Part shown: piece after piece, positions 43,712 to 53,837 of the stretch
Layout of the letters: every line of letters begins with the position of its first letter
Numbering within the stretch: position 1 is the first letter of the stretch
DNA from: Arcobacteraceae bacterium
Lineage (GTDB): Bacteria > Campylobacterota > Campylobacteria > Campylobacterales > Arcobacteraceae
Direction of reading: 5' to 3'
Assembly: GCA_963662945.1 (NCBI GenBank)
Contig: OY759974.1
Coordinates: forward strand, 1,536,001 to 1,600,000
Length of the DNA: 64,000 nt
Made by a program: the position numbers and the translations under genes
Notes under the pieces: generated by a model
The model's input: only the letters and a program-made list of their open reading frames with translations
What the model was told of the DNA's origin: nothing
Database searches by the model: none

Positions 43712-45106
43712 TTGCAAAAAGTTTTTGATGAAGTAAACTCTTTAGATCAACGATGTTATGACCAATATCTCTTAAGTGAAGATATTCTTATGGAACATGC
43801 TGCAACTGCTATGATGGATTTTATAATAAAAAATTTTGAACAAAATAGTAAAGTTTTAATAGTATGTGGAAGTGGAAATAATGGAGCAGATGGGATAACT
43901 CTTGCACGCCTTTTATATGGTAGTTTTGATGTGAGCTTATATCTTGCTAAACAACCCAAAACAGATATTGGGAAACTACAGTTAGAACGAGCTTTAAGAG
44001 TTGGTATCAAACCTACAAGTGAACTTTTATTTGATGATTATGATGTTATAGTTGATGCACTTTTTGGTAGTGGTTTTGACAAAGAGATAGATCAAGAATA
44101 CTATCATTTAATTATGAAACTTAATAATTTTGTAGGATATAAAATTGCTTGTGATATACCAAGTGGAATTAACAATAAAGGACAAGTAAATCAAATTGCA
44201 TTTAAAGCGCATAAAACAATTACGATGGGAGCTTTGAAAAAATCACTTTTCTTAGATGAAGCAAAAGATTATATTGGAGAAATTACTGTAGCTAATTTGG
44301 GAATAATGAGAGAACTATATGAGAATAATTCAGATATATGTATATTAGATATTGATGATTTATGCTTACCAATAAGAGATAATAAAAATACCCATAAGGG
44401 AAATTTTGGTCATCTTGCTGTAATAGTTGGACAAATGCAAGGTGCTGGAATATTGTGTGCAGATGCTGCATTTAATTTTGGTGTGGGACTTGTGAGTATA
44501 ATTAACCATAAAGAATATCAACTTCCATATCATATTATGCAAACTCATAAACTACCTAATAATACTACTGCCATAGCTCTTGGTATGGGACTTGGGAATT
44601 ATGAAAAAAATGAAATTCTAGAGATACTTAATAATCATTTACCAAAAATTATTGATGCAGATATGTTCTATGAACAAGATATAAAAATTGCATTAAATAA
44701 AGAAAATATTGTACTTACTCCTCATCCAAAAGAGTTCTGTGCTTTATTAAAAATTGTAAAAATTGCTGATATTGATGTAGAAATTTTACAAAAAAATAGA
44801 TTTGAATATGTACAAAAGTTTTGTTTACAATATCCAAAAGTAGTATTACTTTTAAAAGGTGCAAATACACTTATAGGGCAAGACACAAAAATCTTTATAA
44901 ATCCAAATGGAAGTAATAAATTGAGTTTTGGAGGAAGTGGAGATGTTTTAAGTGGTTTTATTGGTTCTTTACTTGCACAAGGATATAAAAATATAGATGC
45001 AGCGATTCATGGAAGTTTAGCACATGCAAAAGCAGCGCAAGTGTATAGTAAAAATAATTATTCAATGACACCAGATGATTTAATAGAAGCTGTGAAATCA
45101 CTATGA
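43712..45106 (+). CDS. nnr: Bifunctional NAD(P)H-hydrate epimerase/dehydratase
   Basis: LME.AA, GSGNNGADG, DIPSG, HKG.FG, TPHPKEF, GSGDVLSG. Confidence 0.94.
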   Translation: MQKVFDEVNSLDQRCYDQYLLSEDILMEHAATAMMDFIIKNFEQNSKVLIVCGSGNNGADGITLARLLYGSFDVSLYLAKQPKTDIGKLQLERALRVGIKPTSELLFDDYDVIVDALFGSGFDKEIDQEYYHLIMKLNNFVGYKIACDIPSGINNKGQVNQIAFKAHKTITMGALKKSLFLDEAKDYIGEITVANLGIMRELYENNSDICILDIDDLCLPIRDNKNTHKGNFGHLAVIVGQMQGAGILCADAAFNFGVGLVSIINHKEYQLPYHIMQTHKLPNNTTAIALGMGLGNYEKNEILEILNNHLPKIIDADMFYEQDIKIALNKENIVLTPHPKEFCALLKIVKIADIDVEILQKNRFEYVQKFCLQYPKVVLLLKGANTLIGQDTKIFINPNGSNKLSFGGSGDVLSGFIGSLLAQGYKNIDAAIHGSLAHAKAAQVYSKNNYSMTPDDLIEAVKSL

Positions 45107-45414
45107 AACTTTTAATTATTAAAACAACTTTTGATAATAAAAAAGAGGCTAAAAATTTAGCAAAAATATTAGTTAAAGAAAAATTAGCGGCATGTATTCA
45201 AGTTAGTAAAATTGATTCAATTTATATTTGGGAGAATAAAATTTGTGAAGATAAGGAATATTTACTCTCAATAAAAACTAAAAAAGAAAATTATAAAAAG
45301 ATTCAAAGGAAAATTAAAGAGAATCATAGCTATGATTTGCCCCAAATTATAGCCATAAAAATCAAAAAAACAAGTAGTGAATATAAGAATTATATAAAGG
45401 AAAATACAATATGA
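45103..45414 (+). CDS. cutA: Divalent-cation tolerance protein CutA
   Basis: [23 protein letters not shown]. Confidence 0.94.
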   Translation: MKLLIIKTTFDNKKEAKNLAKILVKEKLAACIQVSKIDSIYIWENKICEDKEYLLSIKTKKENYKKIQRKIKENHSYDLPQIIAIKIKKTSSEYKNYIKENTI

Positions 45415-46193
45415 ATGATCAAATACTTAGAATAGGAAAATATGAATTTAATAGTAGATTAATAGTTGGGAGTGGAAAATATAAAGATTTTCAAACAACT
45501 AAAGAAGCAACTATTGCAAGTGGAAGTGAACTTATTACTGTAGCAATAAGAAGAGTAAATATCACTAACCCAAATGAGGAAAATTTATTAGACTATTTTA
45601 AAGATACAAATATCAAGTTATTACCAAATAGTGCAGGGTGTTTTACAGCGGAAGAGGCTATTACAACATTTAGGCTTATGAGAGAAGCTACAGGGATTGA
45701 TATTATTAAACTTGAAGTTATAGGAGATGCACAAAAAACATTGTATCCAGATGTAATAGAAACTATAAAAGCTTGTGAAGTGTTGAAAAAAGATGGATTT
45801 ACTATTATGGCATACACAAGTGATGATCCAATTATTGCAAAAAGACTTGAAGATGCTGGTGCAGATGCTATTATGCCTCTTGCTGCTCCTATTGGAAGTG
45901 GTTTGGGTATTCAAAATCCATATAATATAGCATTTATAAAAGATGCTGTAAAAGTACCAGTTATTGTTGATGCAGGTTTAGGGTGTGCTAGTGATGCGGC
46001 ATCTGCTATGGAACTTGGTGCAGAGGGAATTTTAGCAAACACTGCAATTGCTCAGGCACAAAATCCAATGATGATGGCAGAAGCTTTTAAACACGCTGTA
46101 ATTGCTGGTAGAATGAGCTATAAAGCGGGAAGAATACCGAAAAAACCTTATGCAACAGCTTCTTCTCCAATAGATGGTTTAATACAGTTTTAA
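45411..46193 (+). CDS. thiG: Thiazole synthase
   Basis: [34 protein letters not shown]. Confidence 0.98.
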   Translation: MNDQILRIGKYEFNSRLIVGSGKYKDFQTTKEATIASGSELITVAIRRVNITNPNEENLLDYFKDTNIKLLPNSAGCFTAEEAITTFRLMREATGIDIIKLEVIGDAQKTLYPDVIETIKACEVLKKDGFTIMAYTSDDPIIAKRLEDAGADAIMPLAAPIGSGLGIQNPYNIAFIKDAVKVPVIVDAGLGCASDAASAMELGAEGILANTAIAQAQNPMMMAEAFKHAVIAGRMSYKAGRIPKKPYATASSPIDGLIQF

Positions 46194-46233
46194 AGGCTTT
46201 TTGAAGAAATTTTAAAATTTGTTCAAAATACTC

Positions 46234-46262
46234 TTGACATTCCAAGAATTTTTTTATATAAT
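46234..46262 (+). promoter_or_regulatory. Consensus sigma70 promoter of the tRNA operon
   Basis: TTGACA (46234-46239), 17-nt spacer, TATAAT (46257-46262). Confidence 0.9.
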
Positions 46263-46298
46263 TCCACTCCATTTTAAGAAGATATTCTTAAAAATGTA

Positions 46299-46376
46299 CG
46301 GAGTGTAGCGCAGTCTGGTTAGCGCACCTGGTTTGGGACCAGGGGGCCGGAGGTTCGAATCCTCTCACTCCGACCA
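46299..46376 (+). tRNA. tRNA-Pro(TGG)
   Basis: Cloverleaf; anticodon arm CCTGG-TT TGG GA-CCAGG; GTTCGAAT; encoded CCA. Confidence 0.97.
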
Positions 46377-46422
46377 TGTGTTATTTAAAACTTTATAATA
46401 AACTTTAAACTATTTTTAGGAT

Positions 46423-46500
46423 GGTGGGTATAGCTCAGTTGGTTAGAGCATCGGGTTGTGGTTCCGAGGGTCGTGGGTTCGAGCCCCATTATCCACCCCA
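46423..46500 (+). tRNA. tRNA-His(GTG), including G-1
   Basis: Anticodon arm TCGGG-TT GTG GT-TCCGA; C discriminator; encoded CCA. Confidence 0.97.
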
Positions 46501-46523
46501 TATTTAAAAGTTTATTTACAAAT

Positions 46524-46600
<77 letters not shown>

Positions 46601-46628
46601 TTAATTGCTATCAATTAACTACATTTAT

Positions 46629-46713
46629 GCGGATGTGGTGAAATTGGTATACACGCCAGACTTAGGATCTGGTGCCTAACGGTGTGAAGGTTCAAGTCCT
46701 TTCATCCGCACCA
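46629..46713 (+). tRNA. tRNA-Leu(TAG)
   Basis: Anticodon arm CCAGA-CT TAG GA-TCTGG; long variable arm; encoded CCA. Confidence 0.97.
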
Positions 46714-46736
46714 TCGTGTAGTTAAGTGATAGTAAT

Positions 46737-46768
46737 AAAAAAAGCTCCAAGTAATTGGAGCTTTTTTT
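46737..46768. terminator. Bidirectional intrinsic terminator (tRNA operon / MCP)
   Basis: A7-GCTCCAA-GTAA-TTGGAGC-T7 between convergent units. Confidence 0.92.
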
Positions 46769-46815
46769 ATGCCTAAAATATTCTAAAAGTGATATATTAT
46801 ATAGTGTTTATATAT

Positions 46816-48684
46816 TTATATCGTTGCAGAATTTTTCCCAATAAACTCTTTTGAATTTACATCAGCTACTATCTCTTCTGCCATAGTATTTGTTTCTACT
46901 GCTATATCTTTTGTATGTGTGGCTGTAGAGGCATTTTTTTGAGTTTGTCTATCTAGTCCACCTATTGCATCATTTATTTGTTCTATACCTGTTCTTTGCT
47001 CTTTTGAAGAGGCAGAAACATCTTCTATTACAGCAATAGTATTTTGAATATTTTCATTTAAAAAATCATAACCATGAATCATACCATCTGAGATAGATTT
47101 CCCTTCACTAGCTTTTACCATAGCAATATCAACTAAATTTTTAATTTCATGTGCGGCATCTGCACTTCTAGAAGCTAAATTTCTAACCTCTTGTGCAACA
47201 ACAGCAAATCCTTTTCCAGCTTCCCCTGCAGTAGCTGCTTCGACGGCAGCATTAAGTGAAAGTATATTTGTTTGGAATGCTATTTGATCAATAACTGTTA
47301 TGGCATCATTTATAGATGTTACTTGTGAGTTAATATCATCCATTGCAGTTGTAGTCTTATGTGCAAGTTCTTCACCATCTTTCACTGCATTTGTAAGTTC
47401 AGAAGCATAGTTAAGCATTTTTTGAATATTTGAAGAATTACTTATCATCGTACTTGTGATCTCTTCTAATGCTGCTGCTGTTTCCTCTAGTGATGCTGCA
47501 GATTCATTTGAACTAGAATCAAGGACATTTACATTTTCAAGTAGTTTACTAGAATTTTTTTCTAATTTAAGCCCGTTTTCTAAACTATCTAATAACATTT
47601 TAGAGATAACATCTCCTAAATTATTAATACCATCACTTAGTTGTGCTAGTTCAGCAGTTATTTCTCCCTTTTCAACTTTTTGAGTATAATTTTGATGTGC
47701 ATAGCTATCTAATACAGTAAGTATTTTTGATATATTTGTATCTATAGCATCAATCATGTGATTCATAACATCTTTTAATTTATTAAGTTCTTGATTATTT
47801 GAGTTTTTTGTAATTCTTTGTGTGAGTTTTCCACTTGTTATACTATTGGCAATTTGTGTGGTATTTTCAATAAGTTCAAGATCAATTTGTTGATTTTTCT
47901 GAATATTTATAATATTTTCATTTACTAAATGTGCCATTGTACCTATTTCATCGGAGCTGTTTTCATCGAGTAAAACAGTTTTATCAGTTTTTTTATTTAA
48001 ATAATCAAAAAATTCTAATAAACCTTTTTGGAATATTACAATTGGTTTTATAAGCTGATATACTGATATATAATAACTTATTACTATAAAAAGTATTAAA
48101 CATAGTATTGAGACTATGAGTGAAAGTTTCATTTGATTGTTTAATTTTGTTTCACTATCTGTTTGAATTTCATCGTAATATTTTTTTACATTTGCATCTA
48201 GTTTTGCTAAACTTTTTTTGATTTTAAAAAAATAAGGTGAAATATCTATTTGAGCAACAGTTCCAACTAAGTCTAAATCTTCATCCTCATAAGCAGGAAG
48301 TATTTTTTCGATAATTATTTTTTTCATTAATAACCAGTTTTGGTTAATATCTTCTACAAGTTTTTTATTTTCTATAAATATAGTATCATTTAAGTTTTTA
48401 AATTGATTTTCAATTACGATAAATTTCTTTTTCATAGTATCATATGAGCCAACTGGAGCTGCAAAATCACTTCGAACTTCTATCATATTTGAAAAAGTCC
48501 ATTTGATATTTTCATCTAATTGTTTTATTTTATTTGCAGGTAGTACAGCTTTTGTAATAAAGTTATCTAATGATACTTTACCTTGGTTTGAGCTTACTAT
48601 TGTCATACTAGCTGAAAATAAAATTCCAATTAAGCCTATAATAACTAATAATAACATTTTAAATTTAATTGATAAATTTTTCAT
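46816..48684 (-). CDS. Methyl-accepting chemotaxis protein with helical periplasmic sensor
   Basis: 2 TM flanking an ~150-aa helical domain; DEIG; conserved MCP tip; no CZB tail. Confidence 0.93.
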   Translation of the reverse strand: MKNLSIKFKMLLLVIIGLIGILFSASMTIVSSNQGKVSLDNFITKAVLPANKIKQLDENIKWTFSNMIEVRSDFAAPVGSYDTMKKKFIVIENQFKNLNDTIFIENKKLVEDINQNWLLMKKIIIEKILPAYEDEDLDLVGTVAQIDISPYFFKIKKSLAKLDANVKKYYDEIQTDSETKLNNQMKLSLIVSILCLILFIVISYYISVYQLIKPIVIFQKGLLEFFDYLNKKTDKTVLLDENSSDEIGTMAHLVNENIINIQKNQQIDLELIENTTQIANSITSGKLTQRITKNSNNQELNKLKDVMNHMIDAIDTNISKILTVLDSYAHQNYTQKVEKGEITAELAQLSDGINNLGDVISKMLLDSLENGLKLEKNSSKLLENVNVLDSSSNESAASLEETAAALEEITSTMISNSSNIQKMLNYASELTNAVKDGEELAHKTTTAMDDINSQVTSINDAITVIDQIAFQTNILSLNAAVEAATAGEAGKGFAVVAQEVRNLASRSADAAHEIKNLVDIAMVKASEGKSISDGMIHGYDFLNENIQNTIAVIEDVSASSKEQRTGIEQINDAIGGLDRQTQKNASTATHTKDIAVETNTMAEEIVADVNSKEFIGKNSATI

Positions 48685-48707
48685 AATCTTCCTATATAAT
48701 GAGTATG

Positions 48708-48735
48708 AAGATAAAGACTATTGAGTCTTTATCTT
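48708..48735. other. 12-bp perfect hairpin between rhodanese and MCP genes
   Basis: AAGATAAAGACT-ATTG-AGTCTTTATCTT; no U-tract after the stem on the coding (minus) strand. Confidence 0.65.
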
Positions 48736-48748
48736 GTGAAGTTTGGAA

Positions 48749-49210
48749 CTATTCTACTGGATTTCCAGCTTTTTTCCATGCAGGTATACCATCTCTCATC
48801 CAATATACATTTGTGTACCCTAGTTTTTTTGTAAGTACAACAGCCGCTTTATATGATTTCCAACATTTTTCACCGTTACAGTATGTAATTAATGCAGTCC
48901 CTTTATCAGCAGGAAGATTTTCTGTTTGAAATTTATCAGCACTTTGATCCCAATCTGCAGATTTATTTTTATTTCCACCTTTTTCATCATAATATGCTCT
49001 TATAGCACCTTTGATTTTACTTTGAGAAACTTCCATTGGTTTTCTTGTATCAAGAAAAGTTGCACCACTATCAAATAGCTTTTTTGCATCTGCAATAGAG
49101 ATGTATTTAGCACCCATAGTAGCACCCTCAGCAGGTTCAGGTGTAGTGGGTTTTGCAGCAAAAGCTAGTCCAACAAATATTACACAAAGTAATAAAATAA
49201 TTTTTTTCAT
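48749..49210 (-). CDS. Exported single-domain rhodanese/sulfurtransferase
   Basis: Signal peptide (..AFA); FLDTR, IKGA, YCNGEKCWKSYKAA, DGIPAW..AG.PVE. Confidence 0.9.
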   Translation of the reverse strand: MKKIILLLCVIFVGLAFAAKPTTPEPAEGATMGAKYISIADAKKLFDSGATFLDTRKPMEVSQSKIKGAIRAYYDEKGGNKNKSADWDQSADKFQTENLPADKGTALITYCNGEKCWKSYKAAVVLTKKLGYTNVYWMRDGIPAWKKAGNPVE

Positions 49211-49441
49211 TTTTTCTCCTTTTAATAAGATAACAAATTCTATCAGAGTTAATATAATAGTTTAATAAAACTAATAATTAAATATTTTAAGCTATTTATA
49301 AAAAAAATAATCAAAATTAATTTAGATAGAAATATAAAATTAACAAATTGCCATATTTTAAAGTTAAAATTTTTTTTTGTGTTACTATTCTATTTACGAT
49401 TGTTTATAGATAATCAGTCAAATAAAATGGAGATAAAATTA

Positions 49442-49564
49442 ATGACAGAATTAATATTGTTTAGTATAGTTATAAGTATTATATTTTTTGGATATGAATA
49501 CTTAAAAGATAGGTTTTTAGAAAAAAATAAAACACCATTTCATAATAGATTAAAAATCAAATAA
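49442..49564 (+). CDS. Small single-TM membrane protein (40 aa)
   Basis: GGAG SD before ATG; hydrophobic N-half, basic tail. Confidence 0.5.
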   Translation: MTELILFSIVISIIFFGYEYLKDRFLEKNKTPFHNRLKIK

Positions 49565-49604
49565 TATAAAAACACTTTAAATAATTTCTTGATATATTTA
49601 TTAA

Positions 49605-50219
49605 TTAGTTTGTAAAATATCTTATGGAAGCAAATCCATAACAATTTGTATTTTTGACTTGTTGAACTTGTGTGTTATCAATAATTCCACCTAATCCTAT
49701 TATTTGGAAATTATCATCTTGATATTTTTCTACTATCACTTTTAAATTTTCACACCCTTTAGGATTGCCTTTATCCTCTTTGTAGAATATTGGGGAGTAA
49801 GTGATAGCATTTACCCCTTTTTGTTTAGCATTTAGGATCTCTTCTTCGTTGTGACAGCTAATTATTGTATATAGATTGTGTTGTTTTGCGTTGGCTATTT
49901 TATCGAATTGTTGCGAGGTGAGATGTACACCATCCAATTTCATATCTATAGCTTTTTTAATATCACTATTAATTAGTATTTTATCTATTTGAAATTGTTG
50001 TGCTATTTTTTGAAAGCATTTTACTAATTCAAAAGTATTGGGTGTCTCTTTATCTCTAAAACATACCATATCAACTTTTTGTTTAGAAAGTATTCTTGTA
50101 AAATTTTGTTCAAATTGTTTAGGGGTATTTCCATAAAATGATGGATCTGTAATCAGATAAGAGATAAAAAAAGGAGGCTTAATAGAAGCCTCCTTTTTTA
50201 ATTTTGTTTCTATAAACAT
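49605..50219 (-). CDS. Thiamine-phosphate synthase/TenI-family protein
   Basis: YLITDP, FRDK, DGVHL, SCH, SPIF, GLGGI; start uncertain. Confidence 0.85.
   Translation of the reverse strand: MFIETKLKKEASIKPPFFISYLITDPSFYGNTPKQFEQNFTRILSKQKVDMVCFRDKETPNTFELVKCFQKIAQQFQIDKILINSDIKKAIDMKLDGVHLTSQQFDKIANAKQHNLYTIISCHNEEEILNAKQKGVNAITYSPIFYKEDKGNPKGCENLKVIVEKYQDDNFQIIGLGGIIDNTQVQQVKNTNCYGFASIRYFTN
50166..50199 (-). terminator. Terminator-like hairpin after atpB, inside the thiE-like ORF
   Basis: Minus strand A6-GGAGGCTT-CTATT-AAGCCTCC-T7. Confidence 0.8.
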
Positions 50220-50228
50220 AGATAAATA

Positions 50229-50915
50229 TTAGTGATCTTCCTCAGCCATCATAACTGAACCAGAAATATATACATAAGTAAGCATCATAAAAATAAATGA
50301 TTGTAATATACCAAATGCAAATAAGAAGAAAAATCCTGGTAGTGGTGCAATCCAAGGTACAAGCATAAGAAGTACCATTAAGAACATATCGTCACCTTTG
50401 ATTGAACCAAAAAGCCGGAATGATAAAGAAACTATTCTTGACACATGAGAAATAACTTCAATTGGGAACATTAAAGGAGCAAGTGCAGGAACAGGTCCCA
50501 TCATATGTCCTAGATATTTTCCAGCACCATTTTCTTTAAATCCTAAGTAGTTGTAGTATAAAAATACTAAAATTGCTAAAGATAAAGTAAAATTGATATT
50601 TCCTGTTACTGATTCAAAACCAGGAACAATTCCCATCATATTTGCTACAAATATAACTAAACCAAGAGTTGCTATAAGTGGCATAAACTTTTTAGCGTTC
50701 TCTTCACCCATTGAGTCTTTACCCATTGCTACTACACCTTTTAAGTAAGCCTCAATAATATTTTGTGTACCTGTTGGCACAAGTTGCATTTTACTAACAG
50801 CAGCTCTTGCTATTAAAAACACAATAATAACTGTCAATAGTAAGTGAGCACCGATAATCTCTACTTGACCGTGACCTACAAGTTCACCCAAGAATGTAAA
50901 TAATCTACCTTCCAT
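50229..50915 (-). CDS. atpB: F0F1 ATP synthase subunit a
   Basis: P.G.QN..E, SLSFRLFG, LQSFIF..LTYVYI. Confidence 0.96.
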   Translation of the reverse strand: MEGRLFTFLGELVGHGQVEIIGAHLLLTVIIVFLIARAAVSKMQLVPTGTQNIIEAYLKGVVAMGKDSMGEENAKKFMPLIATLGLVIFVANMMGIVPGFESVTGNINFTLSLAILVFLYYNYLGFKENGAGKYLGHMMGPVPALAPLMFPIEVISHVSRIVSLSFRLFGSIKGDDMFLMVLLMLVPWIAPLPGFFFLFAFGILQSFIFMMLTYVYISGSVMMAEEDH

Positions 50916-51088
50916 ACATCTATTCCTTTTGTTTATCTCTATTGCTTAGAGAATTTAATTTGGCAATTATATTAAAATATTTATAAATTTTTTATAAAAC
51001 CACCTTATCAATTTTAAAATATATTGTTATTATTTTATAAAAATAATTAGTATGATATAATCTTCTAAAATAAAATGATGGAAAAAAA

Positions 51089-51772
51089 ATGATTATAAAA
51101 AATGGTGCAATTTTTATAGCGGATGCACATTATAATAAAATTAGAGAAGAACTTATAGATTTTTTAAAACAAATCAAAGATGGAGAAGTTGTTTGTACAC
51201 AACTATTTTTGATGGGAGATATTTTTGATTTTTTATGTGATGAAGTTGATTATTTTCAGGAAATCAATTATAAATTAATTGATCTTATAGATGAAATATC
51301 ACGTCATACAGAAACAATATATTTTGAAGGAAACCATGATTATAGTTTGGAAGATACTTTTCCAAAAGTAAATGTTATTTCAAGAAAAGAACAGCCTGTT
51401 TATATAAATATGAATAATAAAAAAATTGCCTTAGCTCATGGGGATATTTTTACACCAAAAGGTTATGACATATACTGTATGATTATTAGAAATCCCTATT
51501 TATTAAATTTTTTAAATCTAATTAATATAAATAATTGGTTATCTCAAATAATTTACAATGCTTTAGAAAAAAAATATCTTTGTACTAAACAAGTGAATTT
51601 TGAAGAATTTGTAAAAAATAGAATTGAAAGTTACGGAAATGTTGATTTAGTAATTGAAGGACATTATCATCAAAATTATTTAAGTGATAAGTATATAAAT
51701 CTTCCTTCATTTGCATGTGATAAACAATATATACAATATATTGATGATGAGTTTAAATTATTTAAGGTATAA
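51089..51772 (+). CDS. lpxH: UDP-2,3-diacylglucosamine diphosphatase (metallophosphoesterase)
   Basis: ADAH, GDIFD, GNHD, HGD, GHYH. Confidence 0.85.
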   Translation: MIIKNGAIFIADAHYNKIREELIDFLKQIKDGEVVCTQLFLMGDIFDFLCDEVDYFQEINYKLIDLIDEISRHTETIYFEGNHDYSLEDTFPKVNVISRKEQPVYINMNNKKIALAHGDIFTPKGYDIYCMIIRNPYLLNFLNLININNWLSQIIYNALEKKYLCTKQVNFEEFVKNRIESYGNVDLVIEGHYHQNYLSDKYINLPSFACDKQYIQYIDDEFKLFKV

Positions 51773-51773
51773 T
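51761..51773 (+). promoter_or_regulatory. Putative promoter of a leaderless prfB transcript
   Basis: TTTAAGG-TATAAT-7 nt-ATG, no SD; overlaps lpxH stop. Confidence 0.6.
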
Positions 51774-51780
51774 ATCTCTT

Positions 51781-52875
51781 ATGGATAATTATGAATATAC
51801 ACAACTTTTAAAAATATTAAATCAAAAAATAAAAAATATTGAGTCGATATTAAAACCAACTATGATAGAAAAAAGACTTCAGGAAATTACTGCTTTAGAG
51901 CAAGAACCAGAGTTTTGGAGTAATCAGGAAAATGCAGCAAAAATTGCTCAAGAGAAGAATAGGCTTTTAAGTAAATTGTCAAAATTTAATAAAGCTAATT
52001 CAGCAATTACAGATGCTAATGAATTATATGAGATGGCAGTTGAAGAGAAAGATGAAGATACTCTAAATACATTATTTGAAGAATCAGATGTATTAGAGGA
52101 AATTGTACAAAAAACAGAAATAGAAGTAATGTTAAGTAATCCAGAAGATGGTAATAATGCAATTATTTCGATTCATCCAGGTGCCGGTGGAACTGAGTCT
52201 TGTGATTGGGCAAGTATGTTATATCGTATGTATTTAAGATGGGCAGAGCGAAAAGGATTTAAAGTTGAAATTTTGGATCATCAAGCGGGAGAAGAAGCTG
52301 GTATCAAAGATGCCAGTTTTATTATCTCTGGTGTTAATGCCTATGGTTACCTAAAAACAGAAAATGGTATCCATCGACTTGTAAGAATTAGCCCTTTTGA
52401 TAGTAATGCAAAAAGACATACCTCTTTTGCTTCAGTTATGGTAAGTCCAGAGGTTGATGATAATATTGATATAGAGATTGAAGATAAAGATATTAGAATA
52501 GATACATATAGAGCTTCTGGAGCTGGTGGACAACATGTTAATAAAACAGAATCAGCAATTAGAATTACACATATTGCAACAAATATTGTTGTACAATGTC
52601 AAAATGATAGAAGTCAGCATAAAAATAAAGCAAGTGCTATGAAAATGTTAAAATCAAGACTTTATGAATTAGAATTAGAGAAACAAGCTGCAGAAAAAAA
52701 GGGTATTTCAAAAAGTGAAATTGGTTGGGGACATCAAATTAGAAGTTATGTTATGCAACCTTATCAACAAATTAAAGACACGAGAAGTAATATAGGATAT
52801 AGTAATGTGGAAGCTATACTTGATGGTGATTTAGATAAAATGATAGAAGATGTTCTCATCGCGCAAAGTCAATAA
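51781..52875 (+). CDS. prfB: Peptide chain release factor 2 (uninterrupted ORF)
   Basis: SPF tripeptide, [13 protein letters not shown]. Confidence 0.98.
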   Translation: MDNYEYTQLLKILNQKIKNIESILKPTMIEKRLQEITALEQEPEFWSNQENAAKIAQEKNRLLSKLSKFNKANSAITDANELYEMAVEEKDEDTLNTLFEESDVLEEIVQKTEIEVMLSNPEDGNNAIISIHPGAGGTESCDWASMLYRMYLRWAERKGFKVEILDHQAGEEAGIKDASFIISGVNAYGYLKTENGIHRLVRISPFDSNAKRHTSFASVMVSPEVDDNIDIEIEDKDIRIDTYRASGAGGQHVNKTESAIRITHIATNIVVQCQNDRSQHKNKASAMKMLKSRLYELELEKQAAEKKGISKSEIGWGHQIRSYVMQPYQQIKDTRSNIGYSNVEAILDGDLDKMIEDVLIAQSQ

Positions 52876-52885
52876 AAGAGATAAT

Positions 52886-53827
52886 ATGAAAAAGATATTA
52901 AGTGTAGATGCCAATTTATTATATAGTAAAATTTTAAAGCAAGATATTGAAGACTATTTTACTTCTATAGGTGAAACGATAGAGTTTTATGTTAGTCAAA
53001 CTCCACAACAGACACTTGATATTGTTAATGCACACGAAATAGATATTATTTTTTTAGATATTTCATCAAAGCAATTTGATGGGATTAAACTGCTTAAATA
53101 TATTAAACAACAGCCTGTCAGACAATCTAAAATTGTAGGTGTAATGGATTTGTATGATCATACCTACAGATTTGAGGCTTTAAAACAAAAAGTATATAGG
53201 TATATCTATAAACCTTATGATAATCAAGAAATTCACGCGGTATTATCGAAATTTTTTAAGAAGAATTATTACAATAAAGAGATTAATCGAACAGAAAAAT
53301 TTATTAATATAGAAGATATTGAATCTCAAGAGAATACATTTACAACGGAAGTTGATCAAATGGAATATGAACAGGAGTTAGTTCAGACTTATATTTCAGT
53401 ACATCAAAAAACTGATGCTAAAAGCTTTTTGGAAAGTTATGAAGATTGGGCATATAGTTTAGATGATTTAGATGATTTGGAATTAGCACTTGATAGATTG
53501 ATGATGAATCTTATTATGGAAAATGATTTTGAGACAACTATGCCAGATATTATTAATATTCTAGAAACATATAATAAGTTTTTATATTTATTTTTAGAAT
53601 TTGATGAATTAAGTAAAGTTGTATATTCAATTGTTATGCTTCTAAGAGGAATAGATTATACTAATATACCGAGTCAAACAATGGTTTCAAAACTCTTAAT
53701 GACAACTATTCAAGACCTTGTTGAGTGGAAAGAGAAAGTTTTTGTGGCACAAACAACGGAAGATGTTTATTATATAAATGATCCAATACTGAATAGTTAT
53801 GTACAGTTACAAGATCTGCTTTCATAA
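52886..53827 (+). CDS. Receiver-domain protein with uncharacterised acidic helical C-terminal domain
   Basis: IIFLDI, DGI.LL, YIYKPY; acidic pocket and Thr/Ser degenerate. Confidence 0.75.
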   Translation: MKKILSVDANLLYSKILKQDIEDYFTSIGETIEFYVSQTPQQTLDIVNAHEIDIIFLDISSKQFDGIKLLKYIKQQPVRQSKIVGVMDLYDHTYRFEALKQKVYRYIYKPYDNQEIHAVLSKFFKKNYYNKEINRTEKFINIEDIESQENTFTTEVDQMEYEQELVQTYISVHQKTDAKSFLESYEDWAYSLDDLDDLELALDRLMMNLIMENDFETTMPDIINILETYNKFLYLFLEFDELSKVVYSIVMLLRGIDYTNIPSQTMVSKLLMTTIQDLVEWKEKVFVAQTTEDVYYINDPILNSYVQLQDLLS

Positions 53828-53837
53828 AGGGTAGAAT

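Noticed and set aside
45300-45411. TPP riboswitch before thiG
   Set aside because: thiG overlaps cutA with no leader, and no TPP aptamer motif is visible
46714-49600. Genomic island integrated at tRNA-Leu
   Set aside because: No integrase and no duplicated tRNA 3' end seen downstream
50229-50915. atpB isolated from other atp genes
   Set aside because: A split atp operon is normal in Campylobacterota
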